Source: Nitrospiraceae bacterium (GTDB lineage: Bacteria > Nitrospirota > Nitrospiria > Nitrospirales > Nitrospiraceae). From it: a DNA stretch of 64,000 nucleotides. The DNA lies in contig JBDSDL010000084.1 of NCBI GenBank assembly GCA_039920585.1, positions 184-64,183 of the forward strand, written 5' to 3'. Position 1 is the first letter of the stretch; each line of letters starts with the position of its first letter. Positions 59,947 through 64,000 of the stretch are shown one piece after another. Position numbers and translations under genes: made by a program. The notes beneath the pieces are model-generated. The model saw only the letters and a list, made by a program, of their open reading frames with translations, searched no databases and had not been told where the DNA came from.

Positions 59947-60353
59947 TGACGGCAGCGAGAACAGAGGCCGTAGAGCTCAAGTCGGTGGGTTTTGATCGCA
60001 AATCCGTTCCGGGCTGCCACTTCTTCCTGGAGCCGCTCAATTTCTTCGTTTTCGAATTCCACGATCTTCTCGCAGCCGGTGCAGATGAGATGATCGTGGT
60101 GGCCCTTGTGCGAGACGTTGTCGTACTTTGTCTGAGAACCGAAATGCCGGGCTTGTGCAAGGCCGGCATCGCAGAACAGATTGAGTGTCCGATAGATAGT
60201 CGCGAGCCCCAGATGAGGATCGGACTTCGCCAGCTGGTGATACATGGCCTCCGCGGTAATGTGTTCCTGCCGGAGGAAGGCGTTCAGAATCAATTCACGT
60301 TGGCGGGTGAGCTTGAGCTGATGCTTGCCCAGGTGTTCCTTCAAGGCCTGCAT
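59943..60353 (-). CDS. fur: Ferric uptake regulator family protein
   Basis: LKLTRQRELILNAF..., ATIYRTLNLF winged helix, HHDHLICTGCEKIVEF and a C-terminal CSRC. ATG 60353 gives 136 aa; the ORF-track TTG at 60428 gives 161 aa. Confidence 0.88.
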   Translation of the reverse strand: MQALKEHLGKHQLKLTRQRELILNAFLRQEHITAEAMYHQLAKSDPHLGLATIYRTLNLFCDAGLAQARHFGSQTKYDNVSHKGHHDHLICTGCEKIVEFENEEIERLQEEVAARNGFAIKTHRLELYGLCSRCRH

Positions 60354-60463
60354 TTCCTTTACATGTGTCTGTGCCAAGACGGGCCTCCGATGGGGCTCAT
60401 TAAAGACGAAACTTACCCGACTGGTCAAGGGGCTTCAAGCCGCACGTGCTTTAAAGGGAGGAA

Positions 60464-60493
60464 TTGACGGAGATCTCCGCCGCTGTCTATAGT
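60464..60493 (+). promoter_or_regulatory. Sigma70-like promoter candidate for the DUF4065-like gene
   Basis: TTGACG (60464-60469), 18 nt spacer, TATAGT (60488-60493). The ORF-track TTG start coincides with the -35. Confidence 0.5.
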
Positions 60494-60532
60494 GCAGCCC
60501 TCCAAACGCAGAACGTTCGCGCGACTACCAGT

Positions 60533-61096
60533 ATGAGACAACCCAATCAGATTACGGTTGACCGGGCCCTCTTGCTCTACGTGCTGCATCTAGCGGGGCC
60601 CCATGGACTGCTCAGCGATGTGAAGCTGCAGCAACTGTGTTTTCTGTGCGAGCTGCAGATGTTCGGCAAGGGCTTTAAAGGCTTTCACTTCGAGTTCTTC
60701 AGGTTTGCCTATGGGGCCTTCAGCAAGGATCTCGATAACGACCTCATGTCGCTACGCCGGAAAGAACGGGTAGAGAACTTTATGCTGACCGACCAGTCAC
60801 AGGAAGAGGTCATTCCATTGCTGGAAAATGGCATTGAGGGGATTGAGACGAACGAGAAGATCGTGGAGATTCTGAAGGCGGTGGTGGCGGTCTATGCGCC
60901 TCAAGATAGTGGATTGATTACCCAATCGGTCGAGTCAGTTGAGTTGAGCACCCCTCAGCAACCGGAGTTCAAGATCCCGATCCGCGATATTGTCTTCCAC
61001 ACGACGCTTTTGGTGCCGTCTCGCATTGAGGTGCATGCGGAGTTCACATTGCCTGCCGCAGTGCTGACCAAGCTGAATCAGGCAATGGGATATTGA
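60533..61096 (+). CDS. Panacea/DUF4065-like (SocA/GepA-type) protein, orphan
   Basis: ATG 60533. VKLQQLCFLCELQMFG...FEFFRFAYGAFSKDL resembles the KLQKLLY...F.AW.YGPV pattern I recall for DUF4065. No SD seen. Confidence 0.45.
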   Translation: MRQPNQITVDRALLLYVLHLAGPHGLLSDVKLQQLCFLCELQMFGKGFKGFHFEFFRFAYGAFSKDLDNDLMSLRRKERVENFMLTDQSQEEVIPLLENGIEGIETNEKIVEILKAVVAVYAPQDSGLITQSVESVELSTPQQPEFKIPIRDIVFHTTLLVPSRIEVHAEFTLPAAVLTKLNQAMGY

Positions 61097-61194
61097 CACA
61101 GCCCAGGGGCCTGTGAGTCCTGAGTTTTGAGTTATGAATTCTGACTTGTAGCCATGACTCTCGATTCATTACTCAGAACTCAGAACAACTCCCC

Positions 61195-62727
61195 CTAGAG
61201 CTTGTAGAGTTCGCCATATTTCCGTTCCACATAGGACAAGAACGGTTCAGGGTCGAGGCTCTTTCCCGTTACTCGCCGGGAGAGGTGATCTGGCGTGAAC
61301 ATCCGGCCCCAGCGATGAATCTTTTGTCCGAGCCAACGCTGCAGCACCATCAATTGTCCTGCCGCAATTTCATCCTCCAGATGGGGGATTTCGAGTTTGG
61401 CCTGTTCATAGAATTGAACGGAGTAGAGATTCCCGAGCGTATACGTCGGGAAATAGCCGAAGGCGCCAAACGACCAGTGGACGTCTTGCAGCACGCCTTC
61501 CGCATCGTTGGAGGGGACGATGCCGAGGTATTCCTCCATTTTCTGGTTCCAGATCCCCGGCAAGTCTTCCGGGCGCGTCCGCCCTTCAATGAGATCCTGC
61601 TCGATTTCGAACCGCAGCATGATGTGGAGATTGTAGGTGAGCTCATCGGCCTCGACTCGGATCAGCGATGGCTTGACGCGATTGATGGCCGCGTAGAATT
61701 GTTCCACGTCGAGGGAACGTAATTGATGATGAAACGTCTGCTGCAGCATGGGGTAAAAGAAACGCCAGAACGGTCGAGATCGACCCACGCAGTTTTCCCA
61801 CATGCGCGATTGGCTCTCATGAATGCCGAGCGAGACCGAATCGCCCAGCGGCGTGCCGAAGTAGCGGGGGTCGAGGCCTTGGTCGTACAGCCCATGGCCG
61901 CCTTCATGAATACAACTGAACAGGCAGGATTGGAGATCGTGCTCGTGCACACGGGTGGTGACGCGCACATCCGTCGGATGGAATGACGTCGTGAATGGGT
62001 GTGCCGACAGATCGAGGCGCCCCCGTTCGTAGTCGTACCCCATGGCAATCAACACCATCCGGCCGAACTCCAGTTGGCGCGCTTGATCGTAGGTGTGAAA
62101 GAGAATCGTATCGTCGATCTGAACCGAACTCTGTTGAATTTTTTTGAGCAGCGGCACAAGACGCCCCTTGATTTGTGCGAACAACGGACGCAATGCCGCG
62201 ATGGTGGAGTCCGGCTCGTAGACATCGAGTAAGGCATTGTAGGGCGAGTCTCGGTAGCCGAGGTACTCGGCCTCTTCTCGCTTGAGCGACAGGACCGTGC
62301 GGAGATTCGGGAGAAATTGCGAGAAGGCCTGATTTTCCTTCGCTTCGGCCCACACCTGCTGCGCCAGCGAACATTCCCGGCTGAGTTTGATGACAAAATC
62401 CGAGGGCAGTTTTTTCGCGCGGCTATAGTCACGCCACACTTCGCGGAGCAACGACCGTGAGGGCTCGTCCCAGGTCTCCCCTGGGCTGTCACGGATCTCA
62501 CCGGTCTCTGGATCGACCCAGGTGGCGAGCAACCGGTCAATTTCCGGCGAGACGAACTTCTGATGTGCGATGCCCTGGAGCGTTGAAATCTGTTCGGCGC
62601 GGGCCTCGCCCCCGCCGGCAGGCATGTAGGTTTCCTGGTCCCACGAGAGGAGCGCAGCCGCGCTGTTAATGCGTTGGATCTCCAAGAGTCTGGCCGTCAA
62701 GGCTTCCACAGTCTTCAGGGTTTTCAC
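61195..62727 (-). CDS. M32 carboxypeptidase (Taq-type)
   Basis: 510 aa with HEGGHGLYDQG zinc motif, HESQSRMWEN and DVHWS..FGYFPTY motifs. Confidence 0.93.
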   Translation of the reverse strand: MKTLKTVEALTARLLEIQRINSAAALLSWDQETYMPAGGGEARAEQISTLQGIAHQKFVSPEIDRLLATWVDPETGEIRDSPGETWDEPSRSLLREVWRDYSRAKKLPSDFVIKLSRECSLAQQVWAEAKENQAFSQFLPNLRTVLSLKREEAEYLGYRDSPYNALLDVYEPDSTIAALRPLFAQIKGRLVPLLKKIQQSSVQIDDTILFHTYDQARQLEFGRMVLIAMGYDYERGRLDLSAHPFTTSFHPTDVRVTTRVHEHDLQSCLFSCIHEGGHGLYDQGLDPRYFGTPLGDSVSLGIHESQSRMWENCVGRSRPFWRFFYPMLQQTFHHQLRSLDVEQFYAAINRVKPSLIRVEADELTYNLHIMLRFEIEQDLIEGRTRPEDLPGIWNQKMEEYLGIVPSNDAEGVLQDVHWSFGAFGYFPTYTLGNLYSVQFYEQAKLEIPHLEDEIAAGQLMVLQRWLGQKIHRWGRMFTPDHLSRRVTGKSLDPEPFLSYVERKYGELYKL

Positions 62728-62965
62728 AGTAGAGTGTTTCCTTCAGGAATCATCATGCTATGATCGTGCCGATCTACATCCTGTTACGTAGTGTACGCAA
62801 CGAGTGATCCTTTATCAAACTGGTTCGTATGATTGATGAACGTTTCTCTTACAACCGCCGATGCCTGACTCAAGGGAGACGGACGAGACTGGCAGAGGCA
62901 GGGCTCACACGTCACGCGAGTCTCGTTCCTCGCGCTTGTCACGTGCCACTTCGCAGGCATTGTCT

Positions 62966-63862
62966 ATGACACCTCGGACAAACCGTCTGGCCTATGGAGC
63001 GATTATCGCTGCCGCTGTGTTTTGGGGTGGATCAATCGTGGCCCAGAAGCTGGCCTTGAGCGGATTCTCAGCCGTTGAGGCGTCGGTCCTGCGGGACATC
63101 GGCGGGTTGGCGATTCTCCTGAGCATCTGGTGGTGGCAGGAAGGCACCTTGGTCAAGCTGTCCAAGGCGGATGTGCGTCTGTTGGGACTGCTCGGGCTCG
63201 GTGTGTTGGGCAACCACCTGCTCATTATGATGGGGCTCAAGTATGTGAGCGGGGCTGTGGGTGGGGTGATCATCGGATCGAGTCCGGTGGTGACTGCGCT
63301 GCTCTCGGCGCTGTTGATTCAGGATGTTCCGCTGCGCGCTGTGTGGGCGGGCGGTCTCCTGTCATTTGCAGGGGTGGGGCTGGTCTCCGTGGCGGGGTTT
63401 CAGGCCGCGGGCGATCAGCCCTTGCTCGGCAGCCTACTGGTCTTTGGCGGCGTGGTGAGCTGGGCTCTCTACAGTATCGGCAGCCGGAAGCTCATGGAGC
63501 GCCACTCGGCTCTCACCGTCAATTGGACGACATTGCTTGTCGCCACCGTCCTTCAAGTTCCCCTCTTGTGGATGGATCGCAAGATGCTGGATGCGGGACT
63601 CGGGTCCGTGTCGCTGGCGGATTGGATGGCGCTGGGGTATCTGGTCCTGTTCGCTACGGCGATCGCACAACAGGCCTGGTTGTATGGTGTGAAAGGTATT
63701 GGGCCTTCGCGCGCCTCTGTCTTTGGCAATCTGACTCCTGTGGCCGCCATCGTCCTGTCTGCGGTGCTGTTGAACGAATCAGTGGGTATGAGTGAAATCA
63801 TCGGCATTGCACTGATCTTGGCCGGAGTGTGGGTGGTAGATCGGCAAACCTCCCGTCTTTAG
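62966..63862 (+). CDS. DMT superfamily (EamA-like) transporter
   Basis: About 10 TM segments in two EamA-like halves. ATG 62966 chosen because the upstream 35 codons are low-complexity R/S-rich. Confidence 0.8.
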   Translation: MTPRTNRLAYGAIIAAAVFWGGSIVAQKLALSGFSAVEASVLRDIGGLAILLSIWWWQEGTLVKLSKADVRLLGLLGLGVLGNHLLIMMGLKYVSGAVGGVIIGSSPVVTALLSALLIQDVPLRAVWAGGLLSFAGVGLVSVAGFQAAGDQPLLGSLLVFGGVVSWALYSIGSRKLMERHSALTVNWTTLLVATVLQVPLLWMDRKMLDAGLGSVSLADWMALGYLVLFATAIAQQAWLYGVKGIGPSRASVFGNLTPVAAIVLSAVLLNESVGMSEIIGIALILAGVWVVDRQTSRL

Positions 63863-63988
63863 CAGACTGCTGAAAAATCCCGCCAGCGGCGTTCTCCCCT
63901 CGAAAGCATCCTCAACGTAGCCCAGAGGCTACGCCTCCGGTGCTTTCATCGGCTGCGGCCTTGCTGGCGGGATTTTTGAGCAGTCTGC
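63862..63988 (+). repeat. Long-stem palindromic intergenic repeat, copy D (short variant)
   Basis: Arms GCAGACTGCTGAAAAATCCCGCCAGC and GCTGGCGGGATTTTTGAGCAGTCTGC (25 of 26 paired). Apical hairpin CGTAGCC-CAGA-GGCTACG. The first base is the G of the EamA TAG stop. Confidence 0.9.
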
Positions 63989-64000
63989 AAGATCGAATTT

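Overview
This is a core chromosomal window of a moderately GC-rich bacterium. Gene order and protein sequences look Nitrospira/Nitrospirota-like (rho-rpmE-prfA-prmC-murA-hisGDB..hisHAF-IE-HIT-dnaG-rpoD; ilvBNC-psd-pssA-[T-box]-leuA-leuB-asd; mreBCD-mrdA-rodA-rng-dprA-topA). That taxonomic call is inference and was not checked against any database. I support about 70 CDS, one tRNA (anticodon CAT), the RNase P RNA, a Leu-specific T-box leader, several sigma70-like promoters and a strong Fur box. I saw no CRISPR array, IS element, integrase or prophage. Three things stand out. (1) A family of long-stem palindromic intergenic repeats has five full copies of 121-169 bp and one remnant. Substitutions between copies are compensatory in three helices, two copies carry a nested 38-nt module, and left termini are fused to TAG stop codons. 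(2) The right third (46.1-60.4 kb) is an iron-homeostasis supercluster. It contains a Fur-box-controlled operon (Com-like zinc-ribbon ORF missing from the ORF track, porin-like barrel, lipoprotein, exported FMN_bind protein, His-rich 4-TM protein) divergent from an ApbE flavin transferase. I read this as a candidate uncharacterised periplasmic flavin-based redox/iron-uptake module. (3) An AT-richer islet carrying a DUF4238-like gene interrupts the his operon. RNA and repeat boundaries are hand-mapped and may be off by a few nt. Several CDS starts were re-called from the ORF track using homology-expected N-termini and SD spacing.
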